From contig CAXXYE010000009.1 in assembly GCA_963674865.2 (NCBI GenBank), positions 1,248,001 through 1,312,000 of the forward strand: a stretch of DNA of 64,000 nt, given 5' to 3'. A program made the translations under genes and the position numbers. The DNA is from Candidatus Hydrogenedentota bacterium (GTDB lineage Bacteria; Hydrogenedentota; Hydrogenedentia; Hydrogenedentales; SLHB01). Under the pieces are notes generated by a model. The model was not told the DNA's origin. It was given only the letters and a program-made list of their open reading frames with translations, and searched no databases. Shown here piece after piece: positions 30,531-39,071 of this stretch. Each line of letters starts with the position of its first letter. Position 1 is the stretch's first letter.

Positions 30531-31648
30531 TCGCGCCCTCCCAGACTCTCCCGGACTTCGCCGGTATTCTTCTCCCCCGCAAGGCCCTCGGCAATGTCCT
30601 GGGAAATCCCGCTTAGGCCCTCGCGCACGTCCGTGATCACGTCCTTGAAGCTCTTCTTGATGGCGTCCTCCTCCGTTTCGTCGAATCCGAATTCGTTCGT
30701 AACGGTGTAGGTGGGCTGCCAGGATTCGGCCTTGATGAAGAAGACGAGTTCCCGGCGGCCTTCGCTCTTGGCGCGGTTCCCCAGGGTGGACGAAACGGGC
30801 GAGGCGAGAAATTCCCCGGGGATGACTCGCTCCGCCATCCCGACGGCCATGTCCTCGGCCGTGCCCAGCCACGGCAGCGTCGAGAGGCTCTTGGTCTTGG
30901 TATTGCGGAATAGGCCGCCGAGCATAAGGACCTGGCCGTGGCGAACATATACGTCTGTCTTGATCTGACGTGATACGATTTCAGGAACCTGGATGCGATT
31001 GTCGGTGTCGCCTACAAGTTGGTCGTCCAGGGAGACAACGATCTTCGTGCCCAACTCCTTGACGGACGCGTCGACTTTCAGGTTGATATACTGATCGTCG
31101 GTTGTATTCACCCAGTCCCCGTCATCGTCGATGATATCCGGCACCGTGATGTTCAGCGTCACGCCTGTGTCGATCCATTTGGTTGTCTGGACCGCCGTGG
31201 AGCCGACGACTACCGTGTCTTCATAGGGAACCTTCTGGCCGGTCGTGATCTGGGCTGGTGTGTCCGCACCCCGGACAACCGTGATCTTGGGACGGGAGAG
31301 GATAAAGGCCCGGCTTTCCTCGGCCAAGGCTTGAAGGACGATCTCAACGTCCCCTTCGCTCATGCGAAGACGGTCCAGGAACACGGTGATGGTGGGCGAT
31401 AGGACCGGGAAGGTGATGTCGGCCGTTCGCACTGCCCCATTGCCGCTCGTGACGCGCCCGTAGTCGCGCCACTCATCTCGCCGCAGGAAATAGGCGCTCA
31501 TGCCGGTTTCAACGCCTTCTTCCGTCTGGAACTCGACGACCTTCACCGAGACAATGACCTGTTCCGGTTTGCCTTGTTCAGCGGATTGCGCTTGGGCGCC
31601 GAAGCAGCCCCATAGACTTAAGGCGATGACGAGGCTTATTCGTTTCAA
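30527..31648 (-). CDS. Secretin-domain-only outer membrane protein (first gene)
   Basis: TTG start at 31648 (MKRISLVIALSLWGCFGAQAQ) followed directly by QVIVSVKVVE. Secretin motifs ILSRPKITV, DTGVTLNI and GQVLMLGGL...LPWLG...RELVFFIKA. Confidence 0.82.
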   Translation of the reverse strand: MKRISLVIALSLWGCFGAQAQSAEQGKPEQVIVSVKVVEFQTEEGVETGMSAYFLRRDEWRDYGRVTSGNGAVRTADITFPVLSPTITVFLDRLRMSEGDVEIVLQALAEESRAFILSRPKITVVRGADTPAQITTGQKVPYEDTVVVGSTAVQTTKWIDTGVTLNITVPDIIDDDGDWVNTTDDQYINLKVDASVKELGTKIVVSLDDQLVGDTDNRIQVPEIVSRQIKTDVYVRHGQVLMLGGLFRNTKTKSLSTLPWLGTAEDMAVGMAERVIPGEFLASPVSSTLGNRAKSEGRRELVFFIKAESWQPTYTVTNEFGFDETEEDAIKKSFKDVITDVREGLSGISQDIAEGLAGEKNTGEVRESLGGRE

Positions 31649-31658
31649 AACGACACCC

Positions 31659-32654
31659 TTATCGTTGGAATGTGGCCGTGCATTCGTACTTCTGGATGTT
31701 GACCGTATCATCGAGATCGCTGAACCGGACGCTGAAAGCGCGCGTTTCCTTGGGATTCATGCGGCCGATGTTGACGGTGTTGGTTGCATAGACAACGTTG
31801 CCAAATCCGTATACGGTGACAATGACCTGTACGCCGTAAAGTACACTGTCGCTCCGGTTCACAACCTGCCCCGTGACAACATGGCGGCGGTATTCGCGGG
31901 CGATGCGGTCGCGTCCGGCGCGATAGGTGTACTCGTTGAAGACAACGAGAGGCTTCTCCGCAATTTGCCTGCGTTCCATCTCAGACGGCGTCAGGATGAC
32001 GTAGCCGCCTTCCGGCGTTGGTTCAATCCGTGAGGTGATCGTCTTGTTGTTGGCGTACTCCGTATGACTCTCAAGAACATCGGCGTACAGTTCGGCGGCT
32101 CGATCGTATGTTCCCCGCTTCCAAAGAAGGTCGGCAAGGGCGAGTTTGTACTCCGCGCGGCCCGGTTCGGCCTCGAGTTGGGCCGTGAGCTTCTTGACCT
32201 TGGCCTCAATCTGCTCAGTTGTCTGGTACTTCGACGCGTATTCCTCGTTGAGCTCAGCCACGGAGGCTCTGGCTTCTTCCGCGTGCTCTCCCTCGGGGGC
32301 AAGACGTAGATATTCATTAAACGCCTCGATGGCGTCCTTGTAACTGTCGAGATCACGATAGACAACGCCCAGGAGATACCGTGCCTCAAGTGCGGGGCCG
32401 GACTCTGGAGCCCGGTCGACAAGGTGCAGCAGGCGTGGGATCACCAGCGTGTGGTCGCCGGCTTTGACCAGCCGCCGCGCCTCCTGGATCTCTTTATTAT
32501 CGCCTGGGCGCGCATGGCCGGGAGAGGGGGTTACGCATCCCCCGGCAAAGAGCAATGTCGCCAGACAGGGCAGCACCCAACGGACCGTTGCGGGGTGCAA
32601 AGAGGCGTGTGTCAAGGTTACGAACCACTTTCCTTCTGCAGGCCTTGGCCGCAT
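31659..32654 (-). CDS. TPR lipoprotein with a C-terminal FxLYD-like domain
   Basis: Lipobox-like LLFAGGC; TPR units (ARYLLGVVY...AIEAFNEYLRLAPEG; LALADLLWKRG...AAELY); C-terminal VTGQVVN...VTVYG...MNPKETRAFSV. Confidence 0.8.
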   Translation of the reverse strand: MRPRPAEGKWFVTLTHASLHPATVRWVLPCLATLLFAGGCVTPSPGHARPGDNKEIQEARRLVKAGDHTLVIPRLLHLVDRAPESGPALEARYLLGVVYRDLDSYKDAIEAFNEYLRLAPEGEHAEEARASVAELNEEYASKYQTTEQIEAKVKKLTAQLEAEPGRAEYKLALADLLWKRGTYDRAAELYADVLESHTEYANNKTITSRIEPTPEGGYVILTPSEMERRQIAEKPLVVFNEYTYRAGRDRIAREYRRHVVTGQVVNRSDSVLYGVQVIVTVYGFGNVVYATNTVNIGRMNPKETRAFSVRFSDLDDTVNIQKYECTATFQR

Positions 32655-32667
32655 GCGCTAGCGCGGC

Positions 32668-33132
32668 CTACTTCTTCTCATCTTTGGTCTTCTTGCGCTC
32701 GCCCGTAATCTCCGAGATGACCAGTTCGGTAATGTCTTTGGCCGGGACCGGGGGCTTCAATTTGCCCAAGTAGCCCTTGGCCGCAACCAAGTCGTACTCG
32801 GTGTCTTCGCCCACCTGTGCAATGGCTCGCAAAGCACGGGTACTCGCTTTGCTCATGAGCAGCCAGAATTTGCCGGTTCCCCGCTTGATCTTGTCTTTTT
32901 TGACTTCTTGGTACTCAGGCGTGGCCTTGATGACCTCATCGAAGTCGACTTCGCCCGGTTTTTCGAAGCTCTTGGTATCTCCCCAGAACACCTTGGTTCG
33001 GTCAAGTTGGTCTTGGGGAATGGTGTGCGCCCTAGCCCGACCGGGCGCAAGGAACACCAACGCGGCGATAAATGCGATTCGAGCCAGGTGAGACAAGGAC
33101 GGGGGAGGTCCTTTGGTTGGTGTAGGTAGCAT
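32668..33132 (-). CDS. Exported small protein resembling an OmpH/Skp core
   Basis: Signal peptide (ARA). GEVDFDEVIKATPEY, AIAQVGEDTEYDLV and DITELVISEI resemble the conserved Skp head motifs, without the long coiled-coil. Confidence 0.6.
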   Translation of the reverse strand: MLPTPTKGPPPSLSHLARIAFIAALVFLAPGRARAHTIPQDQLDRTKVFWGDTKSFEKPGEVDFDEVIKATPEYQEVKKDKIKRGTGKFWLLMSKASTRALRAIAQVGEDTEYDLVAAKGYLGKLKPPVPAKDITELVISEITGERKKTKDEKK

Positions 33133-33200
33133 GAGCTTCCGTTACGTCTCCCTTCCGACCCGAGTAAACCACCGTCGCTCAAGCGCTTAACACGCGAATT

Positions 33201-33229
33201 ATTCTACGAATTTCTTAACTTATTGTCAA
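33201..33229 (-). promoter_or_regulatory. Sigma70 promoter of the mini-Skp/TPR/secretin operon
   Basis: TTGACA-N17-TAGAAT in an AT-rich context. Confidence 0.75.
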
Positions 33230-33381
33230 GTAATGACCCTTTGGCCATACATAAAAACCCGTTCTGGCCGGGCAACGTTGTGATTATACCACATAAACCA
33301 TTGGTCTTAGATATCTTAGCGCAACAACGCCCAGTCCATCCCGGTTAACTCAACAGTATCCATCCTCTTGAGATTCAAAAA

Positions 33382-33517
33382 GTTCCCCGATGTCGAAGAC
33401 CTGCAAACCGGGGCGCCTGAAGACTGTACAAGTGCTTTCTAGGAACATAACAGGTTCTTCAACAACCACATGCCTCGGTCGCCCCGTGTGGTACTTTTCA
33501 GGGTCCAGGGGGGGATT
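33382..33517 (-). ncRNA. Candidate structured RNA (long imperfect rod), family unknown
   Basis: Nested pairings CGGGGCG/CGCCCCG, GAGGC/GTCTT, GACC-TG/CAGGTC, GAAC/GTTC and TCCCC/GGGGA. G:U pairs favour the - strand; a U-run follows. Confidence 0.35.
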
Positions 33518-33763
33518 GCCCCGCCCTTGGCCCTCCCGTTGTCTTGTTCCCGCTGCCCATGAGCTTGTGTCGCCACGCTTGATGCCAGTATGCTCTGAGA
33601 CACATCCAAGACGATGGCCCGTCCCGTAGTGCTCCGTCCTGGCCCACGGGATGCACTTAGGTCAACGCGGGCGACTTGGCGTGCGTTAACCAGTGTAGCG
33701 GGTGGGGTGTGCCAATGGCTGACGCGCCGGCGCCGGTGGGAGTGGCGCGGAAAGGAATATCGG

Positions 33764-36337
33764 ATGGTATTGCGTCTCATTTTGTCGGTCTTCCTCCTGC
33801 AGGTGTCCCTAAGCGGCATGGGGGCCTCGGAGGTATTTGAACCTGTTGAGCCGGTGGAGTCGGGTCTGGCCGAAGCAAATGGGGGCGAGCGAATCTACGT
33901 TGAAATGGACGATCCCGGAGAGGACGCCCTCTCGGTGCTTCAGGTCTCGTATGATGAAATGTGCCCCGGCGATGGGTCCGTTACCTTTGTTTGCAGCCTT
34001 GGCAGTGCACCAGGGGCGGAGAAGGCGCTGATGCGCCTCCGGCTTGTTGGGCAGGATGGGACTGTGGTTCACGAGGCCGACTCGGTTGTGGGGACGGGCG
34101 AAGCGCCGTGCGTTTTCAGTTGGAGCGGCCAGTTTCTGGAAGCCGGGGTATATCGCGTCTGTGTTGAGGTCGTAGCATCCAAGGGAATGCCCGTAGCGAC
34201 GCGGCATTTCACGTTGCGCAAGCTCGCGAAGGCTCAGGTGGCAGGTGATGTCGAGACGGCCTCACAGACGGCGGCCGAACTCGCAGAGCATCTCGATACG
34301 CTTGACTGGGCCGAGGCGGGCGCCTCGTATGCGGCGGTGCGCACCGTGATCGCCCGGGAGAGCGCACAACGCGCGCAGGAAGCGTTCGAAGCGGGCGATT
34401 GGCGCCGTGCGGAGGCGCTCGCCCGGTATTCCCGCGGGGCAGTGGACTCGATTCGCGCCCGGCTCACATTCGGTAATGATGCCGAAGAACTGAAGGGGGC
34501 GGTGCCCGCTCCTGACTTGAGCACGTTGGCGGTACGTGACGGCGGACTTTATGCCGCGGGCCGGCCGGTCTTTCTCTTCGGCATGAACCTGCCGTCGAGC
34601 GAGCCCGCTTCGTTGGCGCGGCTGCGCGAGTGTGGGCTCAATATGGTGTCCGTAGAGGCCACGCCGGCCGACGCGGCGACGGCGGGCGGAAGCACCGACG
34701 GGCCGACTGAACGGCTGGACGCCCTCTTCAAGGATGCCAAGACGAATAACATGTCCGTGATGTATTCCATTGCGCCTCATGTTCTGAGTGCCCGTATGGC
34801 CTCAGCGGCGGCGGAATCGGGCGATGGGAACACCGGTTCCTTCGGATTCGAGATCACCGGCCGCGCGGCACGCGCGGCTATCGAGCGCTATGTGCGCGCC
34901 ACAGCGACCAGTCTCGCGGGACACGACATGCTGTGTAGCGTTTGTCTCTTGGACAAACCCATCTTCAGACTCAGGGGAGAGGAGATAAGGGCCGGCTTCA
35001 TACGTTTTGTTGAGAGTGCCTATGAGGATCGTTACGAACTCAACACGATGTGGAAGACAAAGCTCGCCTCCTTCGACGAGATTGACGTTGATATGGGCAT
35101 TGAGCAGGCCGCGTATCAATACGACTGGCAGACGTACCATATGCAGTTGTGTACGGAGTTCGTCGATTGGCTGCATGATTTGGTGCGCGATACGCTACCC
35201 ACGACGCCACTGCACCTTCGCTTTGCCGGAGACATTCTCGAACCGGCGGCGACGGAGGACGGCATCGAGCACGAGCGTCTCGCCGCTGCCCTGGACGTCG
35301 TCGCCTGCAGCGTAAGTGGCAGCGCCCATGACCCTTACTATGCCATGGCCTATCCGAAGCTCCCGCTTATCGTCACGCTGATGCGTTCTCTGGCGCCGAA
35401 CAAGCCCGTCTTCAACTCCGACTATGTATTCTTCGAGGATGGCCTCCCCGAGATGGCCCACGCTGCCGCCAGTGTTCACAGCGTCATGTGGGAGGCGGCC
35501 ATGTCGGGCCTGACGGCCTCAGCTGTGCATTCCTGGGGGCCTACGACGAGTGGCCAAGGTGCGTCAGAGGGGCTTTGGAATAGCCCGGCCTGTCTCGATG
35601 GATACGCGACGGCGTGCCTGGATCTCAACAGACTCGCGGACGTCGTCACGGCGTTCCAGCGGGCTCCGGCCGAGGTGGCTGTTCTGTGGAGTCTCCCGTC
35701 GCGCATCCGTCATAACGGCGAACCGTACCTGGCCTCCGTCACGGCGGCCTTCGAGGGCGCGTCGTTTTCGGGGCGCAACGTGCGCTTCATCACGGAGGGC
35801 CAGTGCGCGGCCGGCGAGCTATCCGACGTGCAGGTGCTTGTGATTCCGCAGGCGGAGGCTGTCGAGGAGTCCGCCTTCGCAGCCATCAATCAGTACATCG
35901 CCGACGGCGGCATTGTGGTGCGAGTAGGCACGCCGCTCTTCTACAACGAGCGGGGCTATTCCCGCCAGACGGTTATAGCGAATAGCCTACAAACGCTGTT
36001 GATCCGCGGACGCGACACCTCCACCCAATACCTACACGCCATGGACGGGGTGGAGAGTTTGGGGCGGCTCACTCCTATCCTCCGGGCGATCAATCCCTAC
36101 GGTTATCCGCTCGAGGGGGTCAAGACGCGGTATCTGGCTCAGGAAGGGCGGGAATACCTCTACGTTGTCAACCTGCGGAAGGAACCTGTCACGTGTTACC
36201 TCTCCTGCGGCGCGCGCACCGGACGAGACTTGATCCAAGGGCGGGATGTGGCCTTTCCTGCGAATCTGCCGCCGCTTGATCCGATGCTGATCTCGCTCGA
36301 TCCGCCGGACACCGCCTCCGCCGGCGAAGCCCCCTAG
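33764..36337 (+). CDS. Secreted GH42 beta-galactosidase-like protein, possibly catalytically degenerate
   Basis: Signal peptide, GRPVFLFG, ELNTMWKTKLASFDEI, YDWQTY and a trimerisation-like region (AEVAVLWS...VRFITE...VLVIP); ATG 33764 with RBS AAAGGA. Confidence 0.72.
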   Translation: MVLRLILSVFLLQVSLSGMGASEVFEPVEPVESGLAEANGGERIYVEMDDPGEDALSVLQVSYDEMCPGDGSVTFVCSLGSAPGAEKALMRLRLVGQDGTVVHEADSVVGTGEAPCVFSWSGQFLEAGVYRVCVEVVASKGMPVATRHFTLRKLAKAQVAGDVETASQTAAELAEHLDTLDWAEAGASYAAVRTVIARESAQRAQEAFEAGDWRRAEALARYSRGAVDSIRARLTFGNDAEELKGAVPAPDLSTLAVRDGGLYAAGRPVFLFGMNLPSSEPASLARLRECGLNMVSVEATPADAATAGGSTDGPTERLDALFKDAKTNNMSVMYSIAPHVLSARMASAAAESGDGNTGSFGFEITGRAARAAIERYVRATATSLAGHDMLCSVCLLDKPIFRLRGEEIRAGFIRFVESAYEDRYELNTMWKTKLASFDEIDVDMGIEQAAYQYDWQTYHMQLCTEFVDWLHDLVRDTLPTTPLHLRFAGDILEPAATEDGIEHERLAAALDVVACSVSGSAHDPYYAMAYPKLPLIVTLMRSLAPNKPVFNSDYVFFEDGLPEMAHAAASVHSVMWEAAMSGLTASAVHSWGPTTSGQGASEGLWNSPACLDGYATACLDLNRLADVVTAFQRAPAEVAVLWSLPSRIRHNGEPYLASVTAAFEGASFSGRNVRFITEGQCAAGELSDVQVLVIPQAEAVEESAFAAINQYIADGGIVVRVGTPLFYNERGYSRQTVIANSLQTLLIRGRDTSTQYLHAMDGVESLGRLTPILRAINPYGYPLEGVKTRYLAQEGREYLYVVNLRKEPVTCYLSCGARTGRDLIQGRDVAFPANLPPLDPMLISLDPPDTASAGEAP

Positions 36338-36428
36338 TCCACGGCGCCCCTGCGGCAGAGAAGGCTCTTCTCTTGCCGGCATGACTCCGGGTACACTTTC
36401 GTCATACGTTTGACGCAAGGAGTGCACC

Positions 36429-37505
36429 ATGGTGATGCCCATCGAGGTTATACCGGATTGGGAGCTGCGTATAGCGCGGCAGGACGCGTTCTGGGAGTGC
36501 GCCGTACTCGACCGGCCGGTTGTGACGATTACCACGCCCAAGGCCATCCCAGTCTGTCCGCGTCCTCAGCCAAGGACGTACACCTCTCACCGATTGTGGT
36601 GGTTCGATGTCGAGCGCGTTGTCGAGGACGCGTTGGCCGGCGTCCAGAACACAGACTACTGGGGCGATGCGCTGCCGCGCGTGTGGCCCAATCTCGGGCC
36701 CGAGGTCTTCAGTGCTTTCTTCGGGCAAGAAATGGAATACACGGAGTCCACCTCATGGACGATTCCCGTGTTGAAGGACTGGGCCGAGGCCGGTCGGCTG
36801 GCTTTCTCGAAGGAGAACCTCTACTGGAGGAAGCTGGTGGCCATGACGGACGCGCTGTTGGAAGCGGGCAGGGGGAAGTTCTACACCGGGCTGAGCGATC
36901 TTCATCCCGGCGGCGACGCCGTGGCCGCTTTTCGCGATCCCATGACGCTCAATACCGACCTGCTCATGTATCCGGAAGAAGTAAAGGCCCTCTTGGCACG
37001 GATTACCACCACGTATTTCGAGGTCTACGACTTCTTCTATAAGAAGCTCTCCACGGCTGGACAGGCCATCACGACCTGGGCGGGGATCGCGTCCACCAGG
37101 AAATGGTATGTGCCCTCAAACGACTTCTCGTGTATGGTTTCAAACGAGATGTTCGAGGAGTTCTTCCTGCCGGGGATCATCGAGGAGTGCCGGTTCATGG
37201 AGGCGTCCATGTACCATCTCGATGGGCCAGGGGCGCTGCGTTTTCTCGACTATCTACTTGAAATCCCCGAGCTGAACGCGATCCAGTGGATTTACGGGGC
37301 GGGGAATGGCCGCGCCTCGGACTGGCTGGAGGTGTACCGTCGATGCCAGGCTGCCGGCAAGGGAATTCAACTCGGCTGTGAGCCGAACGAACTGGATGTA
37401 TTGATGGAGCGCCTTAGGCCTGAGGGGGTGTGGCTGAGCGTCGGCGGCATTCGGAGCGGTGAAGAGGCCGAAGCCGTCATCAGGAAGGTAGCCGCTTGGC
37501 GATAG
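36429..37505 (+). CDS. URO-D-like / corrinoid methyltransferase-associated family protein
   Basis: DRPVV, NLGPEVFSAFFG, DFSCMVSNEMFEEFFLP, YHLDGPGA and IQWIYGAG; RBS AAGGAG. Confidence 0.7.
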   Translation: MVMPIEVIPDWELRIARQDAFWECAVLDRPVVTITTPKAIPVCPRPQPRTYTSHRLWWFDVERVVEDALAGVQNTDYWGDALPRVWPNLGPEVFSAFFGQEMEYTESTSWTIPVLKDWAEAGRLAFSKENLYWRKLVAMTDALLEAGRGKFYTGLSDLHPGGDAVAAFRDPMTLNTDLLMYPEEVKALLARITTTYFEVYDFFYKKLSTAGQAITTWAGIASTRKWYVPSNDFSCMVSNEMFEEFFLPGIIEECRFMEASMYHLDGPGALRFLDYLLEIPELNAIQWIYGAGNGRASDWLEVYRRCQAAGKGIQLGCEPNELDVLMERLRPEGVWLSVGGIRSGEEAEAVIRKVAAWR

Positions 37506-37523
37506 GCCTGTTGACACAGGCCT
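37504..37523. terminator. Hairpin between convergent genes
   Basis: AGGCCTGT-TGAC-ACAGGCCT. Confidence 0.5.
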
Positions 37524-37534
37524 CGGAGTGCGCT

Positions 37535-37696
37535 TCAGCTCAGGTAGTCCCGATGGATGCGCCATCCCACGTAGACGCCTAACATACTCGCGAATGAACT
37601 CAACAGGAATGCCGTCATCACGCCGATGCCGGCTCCCAGCCACCATCCCACCCAGCCGAAGATGGAGGCGCCGAAGAACATGCACAGTCTGCCCAT
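37535..37696 (-). CDS. Small 53-aa membrane protein (not in the ORF track)
   Basis: RBS AAGGAGAAG then MGRLCMFFGASIFGWVGWWLGAGIGVMTAFLLSSFASMLGVYVGWRIHRDYLS*; two Gly-rich hydrophobic helices. Confidence 0.8.
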   Translation of the reverse strand: MGRLCMFFGASIFGWVGWWLGAGIGVMTAFLLSSFASMLGVYVGWRIHRDYLS

Positions 37697-37731
37697 TGCT
37701 TCTCCTTACGCACGGGCGGCGAACGGCGTCT

Positions 37732-38430
37732 TCACGCCTCCGTCGTTGCCTCGCCGTGCATGGATGCCCATAGGATCTCATCAAGTGGTGCGCCGCGTGA
37801 CGGACAGTTCTCGCGGTGGCACAACTGACAACTGCGAAAGTCGACTTCTTTGGGAAACCGGACGCCCGACACACTCTTGATGGGCACCATCAGCGAGCTT
37901 GGCGTCAGCGTCACGCCAATCAGCGCCTCCACGTCGCCCAATAGTGAGAATAACAGCCCCTGCTGCTCGATGGGCCACACCGCCGCATCGCCCGATCCGG
38001 GACTCATGCTCGAAGCCTTTTCCAGTGCATACGCGCGAGCGAGGTGATCGTTCAGGTGTCGAATCGCGCATCGGAGTGCCGCCTCCTTGAGCGCGTCAAG
38101 CCGGTAACGCTGAACGAAGTCGCCCGAGGGAACAGCGATCTCGTCCACCTCCCGTCCGCACGTCGCGACAAAGGCGAACACCCGCTCGACACCGTCCAAG
38201 TTCGCCCGTAACGCCGAACTCGTGAACGTGACTCCCGCCACGGTTACCGTCGCCTCACCTCGCTTATCAACATAGCATTCCCGATAGACGGCTTTGGGTC
38301 TCGCCACCGCGCATAGCTCTTTCGCCAGCACGCTGAATTGCTCGCCGTCCTCACTCCCCTCCTCGACACGAAGACGCTCACTCAGCGAAGTGATATCAAG
38401 GTTAAGAGGTATGTTGTCGAGAACTTCCAT
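37732..38430 (-). CDS. Stand-alone B12-dependent methionine synthase activation-domain protein
   Basis: VFAFVATCG, MSPGSGD..VWPIEQQ, IGVTLTPSSLMVPIKSVSG and a terminal CQLCHRENCPSR. Confidence 0.85.
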   Translation of the reverse strand: MEVLDNIPLNLDITSLSERLRVEEGSEDGEQFSVLAKELCAVARPKAVYRECYVDKRGEATVTVAGVTFTSSALRANLDGVERVFAFVATCGREVDEIAVPSGDFVQRYRLDALKEAALRCAIRHLNDHLARAYALEKASSMSPGSGDAAVWPIEQQGLLFSLLGDVEALIGVTLTPSSLMVPIKSVSGVRFPKEVDFRSCQLCHRENCPSRGAPLDEILWASMHGEATTEA

Positions 38431-38627
38431 CCTTCGCTGTCCTTTGCTCTCGGCGTCAGAGACACCACCTTGAGACTATCTGTGCCGCATGCCATGTCGG
38501 TTGGGCGCAGAGCCAGCATGGGAAAGGGGGTATTCGTCTGGTGCGCGGGTCCTCTTTGTGAAGCTGTCGCATGATTCAGGACTGGGGTGGGCGAGTCCGT
38601 GATGGACAGTCTGCGACGTGTCATACA

Positions 38628-38704
38628 TGGTACCGGGGTCGGGGGTCGAACCCGAGACCTCTGGATCCACAATCCAGCGCTCTAACCAACTGAGCTACCC
38701 CGGC
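38628..38704 (-). tRNA. tRNA-His (GUG)
   Basis: Cloverleaf GCCGGGG-TA-GCTC...GAGC-G-CTGGA-TTGTGGA-TCCAG-AGGTC-TCGGG-TTCGACC-CCCGA-CCCCGGT-A-CCA; CCA is encoded. Confidence 0.97.
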
Positions 38705-38726
38705 ACAATACGCCACGCATCTGCGA

Positions 38727-38756
38727 AGTATATGCAACGCGCGGCATGACAGTCAA
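38727..38756 (-). promoter_or_regulatory. Putative sigma70 promoter of tRNA-His
   Basis: TTGACT-N18-TATACT. Confidence 0.6.
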
Positions 38757-38871
38757 ACGCCCGGCGCGCCGCACCTTACGCCGCGCGTCAAGACATTGGA
38801 AGCAAGTGCACTTTCAAGGCGCCGTGTGCGCGGCGCGGCCGAGTTACTTGGCGATTGCTCCTCATCTGCAC

Positions 38872-38901
38872 TTGTCACGCGGAGTTCACTCCCCTTATAA
38901 T
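38872..38901 (+). promoter_or_regulatory. Putative sigma70 promoter of trxB
   Basis: TTGTCA-N18-TATAAT. Confidence 0.6.
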
Positions 38902-39071
38902 GCCGCCAGAGGACGGGCAGAGCCACGATGAGGGGCTTTCTTGCCGGGCAAGGCCGGGAGATGGGCGGGAGTCCGGCGCGGGGCCGCTTAAAGCAGGTTG
39001 CTGCTAGACATCATTGCCACCCTCCGGTGGAACTTCATCCCGTTTCCGCGACCGCGCGCTGGGAGAAAGCT

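Noticed and set aside
38430..38704. Genomic island integrated at tRNA-His
   Set aside because: No integrase and no duplicate of the tRNA 3' end were noticed in the window.
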